Positions 1 to 10,756 are shown, counted from the stretch's first letter. The stretch is DNA of 39,266 bases from Chrysochromulina tobinii (GCA_001275005.1 JWZX01002728.1:1-39266); one strand, 5' to 3'. Made by a program: numbers and translations. Notes: generated by a model not told the origin, from the sequence alone.

Positions 1-2250
1 GCCGCGCAGCAAGCTGTAGTGATCCGGCGCGCACGTGAGGCGCAGGTAAGCGTCGACCCAGTCGGGCGCCGCGGCGAACGCGGCCTCGTGCTCCGCCAGC
101 GCCTTCTGCAGGCGCTGCACCTCGACGAGGATAGGCAGCAGGTCGCCGTCGATCGAGTGCATGATCAGCTGAGACATGAGCCATGTCTTGCCCGCCGCCG
201 GGCCTGCAGTGAGCAGCGTGCATGGGCTCGCACTCGCGTGCAGGCCTTGCAGCAACACACACAGCGAGCGTGCGTCGCGCACCGCGAGCGGCTTGCCGTC
301 CGCATCGTGCCCCTCCACGCCGATGGGCACGCACTGCGTGAGCGTGTTGAGCCGGTAGCCGGAGAGGGCGTCGGGGATGAACTCGTGCTGCGCGCGTAGA
401 CAGTTAAGGTGCCACGCGCGCATGGCCGCGACCCCGGCGGCAGCGGCGGGCATCGGCGGCAGCGCGACCTTCGAGCCGGTGGCAGCCTCGGCAGCGAGCA
501 TGAGCACGGATTGCACCACGCCGACGATGCGCGCGACGTAGTCACGGTAGAGGGTGGGCACCGTGTCCTTGTCGCCCTTGCCGGTGAAGGTGGCGCGCTC
601 GATGCTGGTAACCACCTCGGCGACGCGCGTCTCGAGCTGGCCGGCGGGCGCGACGCCCGGCTCGGTGGGCTGGCCGTTGCGCAGTACGAGCACCTTGGAC
701 GGAAGCGCGTCGAGCGCCTCCCGCACGCGCGGCACCGCGCCCAGCCGCGCGAGCAGCTCGTAGCTCACGGCGTTCTCAAAGACGCACCAGCCGCGCTCGT
801 CATATGGGCGCTCATTGTACAGCGTGTCGACGCCGTCGCACAGCACGGGCCACGGCCCCGCGCGCTTGGCGTCGAGCGCCATCTCGTGAGATGCGAAGCG
901 CACGACGGGCGGGTTGCGCGTAAGCTCGAACGCGACGATGGTCCCGAAGCTGCCGAGCGTCGCGCGGACGGCAGCCTCGCCTGTCGTGGGCTTCAGCCCG
1001 AAGAGGCACAATGCACCATCGAACGCCTTCGGCCGGGGCGGAATCTCGCGCGACTGCAGCACGGTGGTGCCAACGGCGGAGGCGTACACGTCGGCCATAA
1101 CCTTGATCGCGCGACCAAAGGCGGCCCTCTCGTCGGGCGTGCGCTCCCGGTCGGGCAGGTTCTGGAAGAGCGAGGCGTAGTCCCAGAAGACGCCCTCGAT
1201 GTGCGGGTGCTCCTCGAGAGCGGCGAGCACCATGTCCAGGCGCGCGCCGTCCGGGTCGCACTCGCCGGGCGACAGCCAGCCGTGGGTGAGCGCGCCAACG
1301 CCGCGGGTGCCACGCCGGAGCAGCGCGACGGCCTCCTCCGCCGAGAGGAAGGGCGACTTTTCCGCCGGTGCGAGGAGCAGCGCCTCGAGCTCCTGCCGCC
1401 GCTTCAGCCGCCGCCCGTTTGGCTGCCGCAGCAGCCGCCGCAGCCGCCGCAGCCACGAGACACGCAGCAGCTTGATGTCGCCGGCGCGGAGCACGTCAGC
1501 GAGCCGGTCGTCGAGTCCCGAGAGGACGCGAATCATCTCCTCGGAAGGAGCGCCAATGGTCACGGTGGGCCGCGCAGCGTCGCCGTAGTCAACGTCGATG
1601 TCGTCGAGGTTGGTGTCGTCCACGTCGTCCAAAGCATTGGGCTGCGTCGAGCCAACGGACGGTTCCTCCTTACTTGCGGCGCAGCCGCCGCCTCGAACAC
1701 GCATCATCCCCGTAAGTCGCTCCCTTCCCAGCTTCGCCACCGCCGTTGCTGCCTGAGCCGCTTGCGCCGCCACTGCATTGGCGTCGTCGATATCGTCGAG
1801 GTTGGTGTCGTCGTGGGTGTCGTCGAAGTTGGGAAGCTTGTCGAAATCGTTGACTTCGAAAGTGCCCGTCTTCATCCGCTCCCTCGAGATGGTAACCGCC
1901 GCTCCCGTACCAAATGCAGCTGAGCCCAGCCAGCTTCCTTTGCTCTGGGGATGCGGCGGGGGGCTCGGACGGTCGGCAGCCTTGGAGATGAGCTTGGTGC
2001 ACAAGATGATGAAGATAAGCACGGCGGAGAATACCACGAAAAGCCAGAGGCGAGGATTAATGAGGAACCAATTCAGAACTACGAGGATGGAGAGCGCGCC
2101 GTCCTTGTCGCGGTTGAACGCATTGAAGGCCACGAGTTCCTCGATGAATCGAATGGCCGGGTCGATGAAATACCACACGGTGGCACGCGGCTTCGCCCAG
2201 TGGCTTTGCTTCATGCCATCGAGAGAGCAGTTGTGAGAGGTAAGCCCCAT
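1..2250 (-). CDS. NLR-like protein (3' part outside window): N-terminal TM segment, HET/TIR-like domain with RRM-like insert, NACHT/STAND P-loop NTPase
   Basis: Frame open from ATG at 2250 to base 1; absent from the ORF track because it has no stop in the window. Manual translation gives hydrophobic LWLFVVFSAVLIFIIL; HET-like motifs VGALTHGWLSPGECDPDG, GVFWDYASLFQ, MADVYAS, PYDERGWCVFE and ATFTGKGD..V..LY; and Walker A TLLTAGPAAGKTWL (~184-220) followed by LLPILVEVQRL. Confidence 0.8.
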   Translation of the reverse strand, partial: MGLTSHNCSLDGMKQSHWAKPRATVWYFIDPAIRFIEELVAFNAFNRDKDGALSILVVLNWFLINPRLWLFVVFSAVLIFIILCTKLISKAADRPSPPPHPQSKGSWLGSAAFGTGAAVTISRERMKTGTFEVNDFDKLPNFDDTHDDTNLDDIDDANAVAAQAAQAATAVAKLGRERLTGMMRVRGGGCAASKEEPSVGSTQPNALDDVDDTNLDDIDVDYGDAARPTVTIGAPSEEMIRVLSGLDDRLADVLRAGDIKLLRVSWLRRLRRLLRQPNGRRLKRRQELEALLLAPAEKSPFLSAEEAVALLRRGTRGVGALTHGWLSPGECDPDGARLDMVLAALEEHPHIEGVFWDYASLFQNLPDRERTPDERAAFGRAIKVMADVYASAVGTTVLQSREIPPRPKAFDGALCLFGLKPTTGEAAVRATLGSFGTIVAFELTRNPPVVRFASHEMALDAKRAGPWPVLCDGVDTLYNERPYDERGWCVFENAVSYELLARLGAVPRVREALDALPSKVLVLRNGQPTEPGVAPAGQLETRVAEVVTSIERATFTGKGDKDTVPTLYRDYVARIVGVVQSVLMLAAEAATGSKVALPPMPAAAAGVAAMRAWHLNCLRAQHEFIPDALSGYRLNTLTQCVPIGVEGHDADGKPLAVRDARSLCVLLQGLHASASPCTLLTAGPAAGKTWLMSQLIMHSIDGDLLPILVEVQRLQKALAEHEAAFAAAPDWVDAYLRLTCAPDHYSLLRG

Positions 2251-2926
2251 CGCAGCCTCACGCGTCCACTGAGTGCCATGGGCTATGAAATCGGCGGTGA
2301 AAGCGCCGCTGCTTACCGTGGCTGCTGCCGCAGCAAGCGACGAGTTGTCGCGCTGCGGGGATGAAAAACGGGCCTGAGTGGCATTATCGCCAGCCAAGCT
2401 GACCATTGGGGTCGAAACCCTGCCAACGAGCCGATCGAGTCGAGTGGAGACCGTCAAGAGCGCGAGGAGAAAGCTGTACGCCATTCTCCCTATTCACACC
2501 TCTACGTTTTCCCCCTTCACAAAATGAGAAAAGGAGGGCCGGGAGCGACGAGCGTGCCGAGTCAGAGGAAACATCTCGTCTTATGTTAAGCTGACAGCAC
2601 GAATCACGAAATCAACATCTCGCGCCGTCTCGCACCTCTTCTCAAATCAAGTGTCCGTCTCACACGCGCAAGTCTCCGCCGCAGCGTCCCGCGCCGTCCA
2701 CAGCGACCGTCCACAGCTGTATCTAGACGAGCAACCTTCCTGTCAAGAACTCCGTCTGGTCCGCACTCCGGCCTCGCGCCGTGTGGCGTCGATCTCGCTC
2801 TATCTCCTCATCCCCATCGAAAGTCGTCATCTCGTCGCGATCTCATCTCGTCGCGATCCGCTCGCGTTCTTCTCTTCATCCGCCCCAAATATGGCAAGCT
2901 CAGAGTCCGCCCCAAATATGGCAAGC

Positions 2927-5900
2927 TCAGAGTCCGCGCACCTTGCCCTTCATCGCGCGCGCGAGGATCTCGATGCCGTGGTTGTCGCGGATCGCCTCGA
3001 GCAGATGAGCATTCTTGGCGAGTCGGCCGAGGGCGATCGCGGCGTTCTTCTGCGGGCCGTCCTTGCCATTGTGCGCGATGGCAAGGAGTGGCGGCACGAT
3101 CGGGAGCACCGCGAGCACCGCGAGACACTTGTCATTCTTGGCGCACTCGGCGAGGCACAGGGCGGCGTTGCCCTGCATCCCGGTATCCGAGCGCTGCAGC
3201 AGCTTGACCAGGGCTGGCAGCCCGCCGTGGTCGCACAATGCGAGGGCGCCGCGCTCGTGCGCCGCACACGCAGTCAGGATACGCAGCGCCGAGCCCACCT
3301 GGCATGCAGGAGGCCTTCAGAGGTCAATAGAGGTCCATCAGAGGTCATCAGAGGTCATCAGGAGTCCATCAGAGGTCCATCCCAGGCTGCCCGAATCCCT
3401 CCGAGATCGCCATCTCCGAGATCGCCATCTCCGAGATCGCCATCTCCGAGATCGCCATCTCCGAGATCGCCATCTCCGAGATCGCCATCTCCGAGATCGC
3501 CATCTCCGAGTCACTCCGGGCGCGTGGGTCGGTGCGTACCATCTCTTCCGCTGCCGCCGCCGCACTCTCCGCCTGCTCCTCCTCCTCCTCCGCCGCGTCC
3601 GCCGCCCCAGGCGCAATCTCGACGATCCGAGGTGCGTTCGAGATCGCCTCGTGCGACACGCCCTCCTCGACGAGCGCCTTGACGAGTGCGACGAGCACCG
3701 GGGAGCCAAGCAGCCGCTCGACGACCGTTGGAAGGCGCGCCGCGCACCTGTGTGGGGAAGCGACGGCGCCGTGGTGAGCACATGCATGCTCGGACGGGGC
3801 TCAGCCGTTGGAAGGCGCGCCGCGCACTTGGCGAGGATTCCCGCCGCGCGCCGCGCGAGCACCGGCGGCGAGCCGCCCGCGACGGCGCCCGGCGCCGTCG
3901 TGAGCGCCGTCTCGAGCCGCGGGATGAGCGCATCGGCCATCTCCTCGGTGGCGATGAAGCCAATGGCGTCCGCACTCAGCGAGCAGTTGTGCAGGGCCGC
4001 GAGCGCGTTCGGGAGCAAGATTTGCTCCGAGTGCGCCGCGTCGTGCTGGGCACCCCCCTTGGGGAGTGAGCTCACGCATTTGAGGAGCCCGTGGAGGGCG
4101 GGGCCGTCGATGATCAGAGTGCGAAACTTGGAGTGGGCCGACAGGTTGCCCAGCGCCGTCGCCGCCTGGGAGCGCATGCAATGAGAGTGGTCATCAGTGG
4201 ACCTCGAGGGTCATTAGGGAGGGTCATCAGTGGGCCGACAGGCTGCCCAGTGCCGTCGCATGCAAGGAGAGTGGTCATCAGGCTGCCCAGTGCCGTCGCC
4301 GCCTCCTCTGGTGAAGGTGACACACAGCGGCACTCAGCGGCCATCAGAGGCACTCGGCGACTATCAGTGGCACTCAGCGGCCATCGGCGTCATGATAAGC
4401 GTCGTCAGCGTCATCATGAGCGGCCATCAGCGTCATGACGAGCGTCATCAGCGTCATGATGAGCGGCCATCAGCGTCACTCCAGATGCATCTCCGCGCAC
4501 CTGCTCAGCCAGCGAGACCGATTTCGAAGTGACGTGTGTGCCCAGCGCCGCACACAACGGCTTCGCGAACGGGAGCAACTCAAGTTTCGTCCGCGCGCTA
4601 CCGGTACACAGGGCGGCAATGAGCCCGACGGCGGCGACGACGGCCTCGGCCGCGGCCGCCTTGTCAGCTCCCGAGGCCGAGATGGCGGTGGGTGGCGCGC
4701 CGGCGCCGTTTGGTTTGGCAGCAGCCGCGGCGGCAGCGGCAGCGGCGCCGGGGGGCGTCATGATGGCGAGAAGTCTCTCATAGGTGCCTTCACCTGATGA
4801 GGGAGGCAATCAGGGGAGGTGATCAGGGGAGGTGATCAGGGGAGGTGATCAGGGGAGGTGATCAGGGGAGGTGATCAGGGGAGGTGATCAGGGGAGGTGA
4901 TCAGGGGAGGTGATCAGGGGAGGTGATCAAGAGGTTCACCTGCAGCAAGCCGTCGCGTCTCCGTCGCCACGGTCTCGTGTGAACAGTTGAATGCGAGCAG
5001 CTTCAGCTGAGGTGCGAGCGCTAAGAGAGACGCCGGTGGAGGTGCCGCCGCCGCCGCCGCTCCCGCGCCTGCCGCCGCGCCCGCCGCCGCGCCCGCCGCC
5101 GCGGGCACGCTCACCACAGCGCTCACAAGCCTGCGGAGCTCGCGAAGGATTTGGGTGGTGCCTCCACAGACATGTACCTAATTAGGGAGAGGAGGGCGCC
5201 GTGGTGAGCACTTGCATGCCGAGAGGATTTGGGTGGTGCCTCCACAGACATGTACCTCGAGCTGATTGCGCCGCTCGAGGGAGCAGACGACCAGGAGCTG
5301 TGCGAGCTGGCCACCCCAGTGATAGAGCTCCGCGCTCGCCTCGGCGCGCCCGAGACGGCGCAGGTCCTGATGAGGGACGCAATCGATGCTCATCAGTCGC
5401 AGTGGTGATCCGTGGCCATCATCAGTCGTCATCAGTCGCCATCATCAGTCGCCGTCATCAGTCGACGTCATCAGTCGTCATCGGGGAAGCACTCACCTCC
5501 CGTCATCAGCCGTCATCAGTCGTCATCAGGGGAGATCTCACCTCCCGACCCGTCGCGCTCGCCTTCGCCTTCGCCCCCACCGTCCCCTTCCCCGCCACAT
5601 TCTCCTTCCCCTCCTCCACGGCCGCCGCCGCAGCCTCGTTGAGCTTGAGCGCGCGTTGGCACGTGCGCGCGAGCAGATCGAGAATGCGCTTGATCCCGCC
5701 CGCGTGACGGATGCACACACGGGCCGCAGAGGACTCGCGTGCGAGCGTACCTGATGAGGGACGCAATCAAGGGTGCCATCAGAGCCAATCCGAGCGCAAT
5801 CATGGCGCAATCATGGCGCAATCATGGCGCAATCATGGCGCAATCATGGCGCAATCGGAGCGCAATCAGAGCGCCATCAGAGGCCATCAGGCGTACTCAG

Positions 5901-7917
5901 GGAAGCGAGCGCCTTGGCGGCCGCGGCTTCGCTCTTCGTGCGAGCGACCGCCACGTTGGCAGCGCGCACTCGAGGATCTGTAACCGTCGCTGGGCCCCCT
6001 GCCTCGCCGCCGAGCAGCCGCGCTGTCGTGGGCGCCTCGCTGCCGGCCGCGGGGCCCGCGGGCTCAGCGGTGGCGGCGGCGGCGGCGGCGGCGGCGCCAG
6101 TTGCGGATTCCGCAACCGCGAGCTCCTGGTCAGCATAGTTGATGAGCACTTCGAGGGAGGACGCACCTGATGAGGGAGGCAATCAAAGCATATGAGAGGC
6201 CATGAGAGGCCATTAGGTTGATGAGCACGTCGAGGGAGGCAATCAAGGCGATGAGAGGCCATCAGGTTGATGAGGGAGGACGTTATCGAGCCTTCACATT
6301 CGGGTATTCACATTCACAGGGTGGACGTACTCGAGTCCGCGTTCGTATGGATCTGATCGAGCAGCTCGCGCACGCGACTGCGCAGCGCTTGGTGCTCGTC
6401 CGCTGCGAGCTTCGCATCCTCGCCCTTGCTCGCGCTACCCTTGCCCTCGATGGCGGCCTCCGCCTTGGCCGCTGCCAAATCCAGCTTCAGGATCGACTGC
6501 TGCCGCTTGATCTCCGCCTTCTCCGCCTCGGGCGCCATCGCGAGCGCGGTCGCCAAGTCCTCGGCCGCCTCAACGTACCTGCCGCGCTCTCCAGTTGGGC
6601 CATTAAATCGCTCTCCAGTTGGGCCATTCAAATCGCTCTCCATGGCACTCAACTCGATCGCACTCAACTGGATGGCACTCGATGGCACTGGATGGCACTG
6701 GATGGCACTGGATGGCACTGGATGGCACTGGATGGCAGTCGATGGCAGTCGATGGCAGTCGATGGCACTCGATGGCACTCGATGGCACTCGATGGCAGTC
6801 GATGGCACTCGATGGCAGTCCATCGCACTCCATGGCACTCCGTGGCACTGCATCGCACTCCATCGCAGTTGATGGGCGGCGCGACGCACCTGCCGAGCTC
6901 CGCCTGCGCGGCAGCGCGGCGCACGTATGCCTTGAGGACGGGCGGCGGCGGCGGGCGCTGCTTGATGTCGTTATCGAGGAACGTTGCGATCTCGATCACG
7001 CGAGAGCTGATGAGGGAGGCAATCCGCTCAGCACTCAGTACGGCACATCATCTTCGCAATCAATGCCCATACACGCAATCAATGCCCATCATCGCAATCA
7101 ACGCCCTTCTAACGCGCACCAGTCGTCGAGCGCCGAGAGCAAGGTTGCGTACCACGCACTCACTCGCAATCTCACTCGCAATCTCACTCGCAATCTCACT
7201 CGCAATCTCAACGCACCAGTCGTCGAGCGCCGAAAGGAAGTTGCGCAGCTTCAGGTGCGCCGCGGCGCGGTTGGCGAGCGACGTCTTGTCGCCCTTGAAG
7301 TGCTCAACAGCGCGCGAGTAGCCGGAGAGGGCCTCCGAGTACTGCCCCGCCTTGAACGCCAGGTTCGCCGCCTCGCGCTCCTTGGCACACGCGGCGATCG
7401 CACCTTTGCGCTGCTCGGTGCGCTGCTCGATGTCCTTGGCCATCGCGTCAAAGGCGCCCTGATCCTGCACGGCGGCCGGGTTGTCGGGATCGCCGAAGAG
7501 CTCCTCGTCCGGATCTTCCTCGAACAGGTCCCATCCCTTGTAGTAGTCCGAGAACGCGCGCGACCGGTTCGACTCACGGAACTCGAGCCACTTCTCACGG
7601 CGCGCCTTGCGCAGGTAGTAGCTCTCCTTGAGCTCCTGGAGCTTCTCGCGGTTGGCCTCCTTGGCCTCGTCGAGGCGCTTACGCTCGTCCACCTTCTTCT
7701 GGATCTTGGCCTGCTCCTCTGCCCGCTTCGCCGCCCGCTTCGCCTCCTTGGCCGCCGTCTCCTTGCGGATCTTCTCCTCCTTCTCGGCCGCCACCTTGTC
7801 GAGCTGGTCGATGTCGATGCTGCCGTCGGTCAGACCCTTGATCGTCTTGTTGATGTCCTCCACCTTGGACAGGAAATCGCTGAAGTCCTCTTCGTCGTAG
7901 TCGTTGCTACCGGGCAT
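2927..7917 (-). CDS. TTC12: Tetratricopeptide repeat protein 12-like (TPR + ARM repeats, axonemal dynein assembly factor), 11 exons
   Basis: Exons 7917-7217, 7006-6890, 6578-6331, 6166-5897, 5750-5542, 5366-5256, 5177-4940, 4793-4501, 4165-3828, 3747-3540 and 3298-2927 join in frame across GT-AG introns. N-terminal DFSDFLSKVEDINKTIKGL, TPR (EREAANLAFKAGQYSEALSGYSRA..LANRAAAHLKL) and C-terminal GNAALCLAECA..QKNAAIALGRLA..IRDNHGIEIL match my recollection of TTC12. Confidence 0.85.
3399..3510. repeat. 15-bp tandem repeat (CTCCGAGATCGCCAT) x7.5 inside TTC12 intron 10
   Basis: Read directly from the sequence. Confidence 0.95.
3748..3827 (-). mobile_element. Introner-like 80-nt intron: 23-nt copy of downstream exon + shared 42-nt 3' module
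   Basis: Intron starts GTGCGCGGCGCGCCTTCCAACGG, identical to the next exon start, and ends GCATGCATGTGCTCACCACGGCGCC-17nt(AG). Removal restores GILAKCAARLPTVVERLL. Confidence 0.75.
4811..4927. repeat. 13-bp tandem repeat (CAGGGGAGGTGAT) x9 inside TTC12 intron 7
   Basis: Perfect copies read directly. Confidence 0.95.
5178..5255 (-). mobile_element. Introner-like 78-nt intron: 32-nt copy of downstream exon + shared 42-nt 3' module
   Basis: Intron starts GTACATGTCTGTGGAGGCACCACCCAAATCCT, identical to the next exon start, and ends GCATGCAAGTGCTCACCACGGCGCC-ctcctctccctaattAG. Confidence 0.78.
5794..5856. repeat. 11-bp tandem repeat (GCGCAATCATG) x5.7 inside TTC12 intron 4
   Basis: Read directly. 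Confidence 0.9.
6671..6820. repeat. 10-bp tandem repeat GATGGCA(C/G)T(C/G) x15 inside TTC12 intron 2
   Basis: Read directly. Confidence 0.95.
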
Positions 7918-8178
7918 CGCGGCTCTTCTTTTGTGCACGGAGGGCCGTTGTCAATGTAGCGAAGAGCTTCACACGGGCCTTGGTTGGGGAAACTTCGCCG
8001 CTGTAACCGTCGCGACACAAACGCCTACTCTGGACGGTCTCTCAGCGTTCGGTTGCACCGCCGACGGGCGCAGTGTGGCGCCGCGTCGCTGTGAACTGCG
8101 AGTTGTGTTTATTCATAATGAACAGTGTTCGTCGCCCCCTGTGTGGCGGTCTCCTTCAAGGGGCAAGCGGGACCGACC

Positions 8179-9255
8179 ATGGCGACGCCTCTCGGCAAGC
8201 GCCCGCTCGAGCTCGATGGCTCGACGGGCTCCTCGAGCGACCAGCCCGTGCGCAAGGCGGCGCGCACCATCGACGTCGAAGACCGAATGGCTGTGCTGCA
8301 CGACATCCGTGACTCGCTGCGGTCGCTTGCGAGCAGCGGGCCGCTCACCAAGGCGCACGCGGACGTACTGGGCGCCATCGGCGTTCAGGTTTCCCTGCTG
8401 CGTGACGCCTTCACACGGGAGCAGGAGCGCATCCGCAACCGGCCCGTCTCCGAGGCGATGCTCGTCCGGACGGCGGACGTGCATGCCGACGGATCGTCGG
8501 TCTGGCACGAGGTGATTTTGCCGCCCGAAATGTTTGACCGCATCATCGGCTACCTGACGCCCAAGGAGATGGGGCGAGTCGTCTGCTTCAGCCGAGCATG
8601 GAAAGCGGCCGTCGACGCCAACGCGCACGCGCGCATCCGCGAGCTCGGCCTCGAATTAGAGCACCGGCAGAGGCTCACGATGCGCTTGCTGAGTACCCTT
8701 GAGGAGCAGATGAAGCGTGCGCCTTCTCTGCTGGCGGCTCCGCGTGGCGCCGGGCTGCAGACCTTATATGACAGCTTCGTGGATTTTGAGCCATGCGTCC
8801 TCCGTCGTCACCTCGACCAAATCGTGCCTCTGATCCCCGACCACCCTCGTGCTTGGCAAGTGCTCAAGTATTCGCGCCCGAGTGCCGAGTGGCTCGCACA
8901 GCACGTCGACTTGCTCGTCTCCGAGGTGGTGGCGCCCAAAAATGAGGATGATGATGATGATGTATGGCAAGAGCTAGCGGCTGACGCGGCCATTGGACTC
9001 TTCATTGAGCTCCCGCAGGCCATGATCGAGGCGAACGTCGCCCGGGTTCTCTCAGTACTCGACAGGCAGACGCCCCAAGATGCGCTCGAGATCAGCACTT
9101 ATCTCATCGTGCACGCCCTCAAGGACCTCTCGCCCGCGGTGCTCGCGCGCCTTCCTGGGCTGCGCGAGCGGCTCCAGCCGTTACTCGCGAGGACAGAACA
9201 CGGCATCGGAGAAATGGCTTCCGAGATCCTTTATCTCGCCAAGGCCATGATGTAA
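8179..9255 (+). CDS. F-box domain protein, intronless
   Basis: F-box motif LPPEMFDRIIGYLTPKEMGRVVCFSRAWKAAV followed by a helical C-terminal region; ATG at 8179. Confidence 0.7.
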   Translation: MATPLGKRPLELDGSTGSSSDQPVRKAARTIDVEDRMAVLHDIRDSLRSLASSGPLTKAHADVLGAIGVQVSLLRDAFTREQERIRNRPVSEAMLVRTADVHADGSSVWHEVILPPEMFDRIIGYLTPKEMGRVVCFSRAWKAAVDANAHARIRELGLELEHRQRLTMRLLSTLEEQMKRAPSLLAAPRGAGLQTLYDSFVDFEPCVLRRHLDQIVPLIPDHPRAWQVLKYSRPSAEWLAQHVDLLVSEVVAPKNEDDDDDVWQELAADAAIGLFIELPQAMIEANVARVLSVLDRQTPQDALEISTYLIVHALKDLSPAVLARLPGLRERLQPLLARTEHGIGEMASEILYLAKAMM

Positions 9256-9339
9256 TTCATTTTTTCACACACACTTCCATAAAAGAAGGCCAGGATGTAA
9301 AGACAGTGTGGATCCAAGGAATGCGCCCAACATGGCGCC

Positions 9340-10651
9340 ATGTTAGGCATGATGGGCTTCATGCTCGTGGTTCCCCATTGGCCTGCGTTGCCTGCGCACC
9401 TCGGTATCGCGCGAATTTTGCGTGGCGCAGAGCCGCAGCTGTGCATGCCGGCACACCTCTACGAGCCGTACACTCGCGCGGACGATCAGTACCTGTGGGC
9501 GCACCGAAACGAGCCAGTCGAGGTTTTGGCGGAGGCGCTCGGCCGCGGGCCCAGATCGTGCGTGGCTCGACTGAAACGGCTGCGAGACCCGAGCACTGAG
9601 GGTCACCGCCGCCTCTTTGGAGTCTGCGAGGAGGCGCTCAGCGACGCCAAGGAGACCGCGCTCCGGCCCGCGCGCGACGTGATCCAAAGGATCCTTCACG
9701 ATCCGGCACTGTCCGTGAGCGACTTTGTAGTGGGGTACCGGGACCGGTTCGAGACGGCGACGCTCGAGTGCCCCTTTGACGCGCCCAACGAGTCCATCCG
9801 CGGAAGGGAGCGCTCGATGGTCGCGGCGTTGCCAGAGCACCGTATTGAGTACTTTGTGTATCGGGGCCAGCTGATTTGGCACAAGGGCCAACGGTTGGAT
9901 GACGTCTTCGGCAGCCGCGGCGGCGCGCGTCTCAAGGACGTGATCGCCCAGCACGGCGCGTGGGAGCAAGTGCGCAAGCGCCGGCTGCGCTCCGCACGCA
10001 TGCATGCTCTGGCTGCCCTAGGAGGCTCCACTGCCAAATTAGGAAGCTTCGTTGAGAGTCTCGGGCAGGTGCGGCGCTGTGATGGGCACCGCTGGGCACT
10101 GATTGCGTCCGATGGCCTCTGCTTGACCTCCTCTGATTGACCTCCTCTGATTGCTCCAAATTTGGTAACAGGTGCTCCGTGGCGCGCTCAGTGTGGCACT
10201 GTGCGTGGAGGGGGCACTCGGCCCCCAGATGTTCGGAGCGGACGGTGGGACGTTAGGGAAATCCGGGCCTCGGATGCTCGGTGCGGACAGCGCGGACGGT
10301 GTTGGGGCGGGCGCTGTGGCTGGCGCTGCCAACACCGCCGGCGAGACGAACCCGACTGGCTCTGCGGACTTTGGTGTGGAAGAGGAGGGCGAGGCGGCGG
10401 TGATTGAGCTGGTGGCGACGCTGCCCGATCAGCACGCGACACTACGCGAAGAGCTGCTGCTTGCGTTCCGTGCGCACCTTAGTCGGCGGCGGGCTGCTGG
10501 ATCGCCTTCGAGTACTCCTCATTTGGCAGGTGGGCCTCGTCCGACTGATGCAACGGGCCTCGAACTGCGCGCGGCGGATGCGGGGGCGTTGCCGGCGGCG
10601 CGGCAACGCAGGAGCGAGAGAGATGTTCGAGTAGGTGTTGTCCGTCCATGA
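9340..10651 (+). CDS. MJ1316 (DUF504/LENG9-type RNA cyclic-phosphate-end recognition) domain protein with Myb/HTH-like module, 2 exons
   Basis: Exons 9340-10068 and 10172-10651 (GT-AG intron 10069-10171). LRPARDVIQRILHDPALSVSDFVVGYRDRF...LPEHRIEYFVYRGQLIWHKGQRLDDVFGS is the MJ1316 signature; YTRADDQYL...LAEALGRGPRSCVARLKRL is Myb/HTH-like. Confidence 0.75.
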
Positions 10652-10756
10652 TGTTCTAGCTCTAGAGGACTTGCATGCATTTGGTTCATGTTCGTGTCGG
10701 TTCGAAATCCACAACGCAAGTGCAACACGCAAGGAGTATAAACTTTCCGGATACGA

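Noticed and set aside
409..2364. Long + strand ORFs 409..1923 and 1951..2364
   Set aside because: Codon-aligned antisense shadows of the minus-strand HET-like/NACHT gene; no motifs of their own.
5146..5255. Exon/intron duplications as assembly errors
   Set aside because: They sit exactly at GT, are separated by the same conserved module at three loci, and their removal restores conserved proteins; read-level confirmation is still advisable.
6619..7959. 446-aa + strand ORF and other long overlapping ORFs (e.g. 3015..4184, 16420..17496, 31917..32822)
   Set aside because: Antisense or alternative-frame products of GC-rich real genes and repeat translations.
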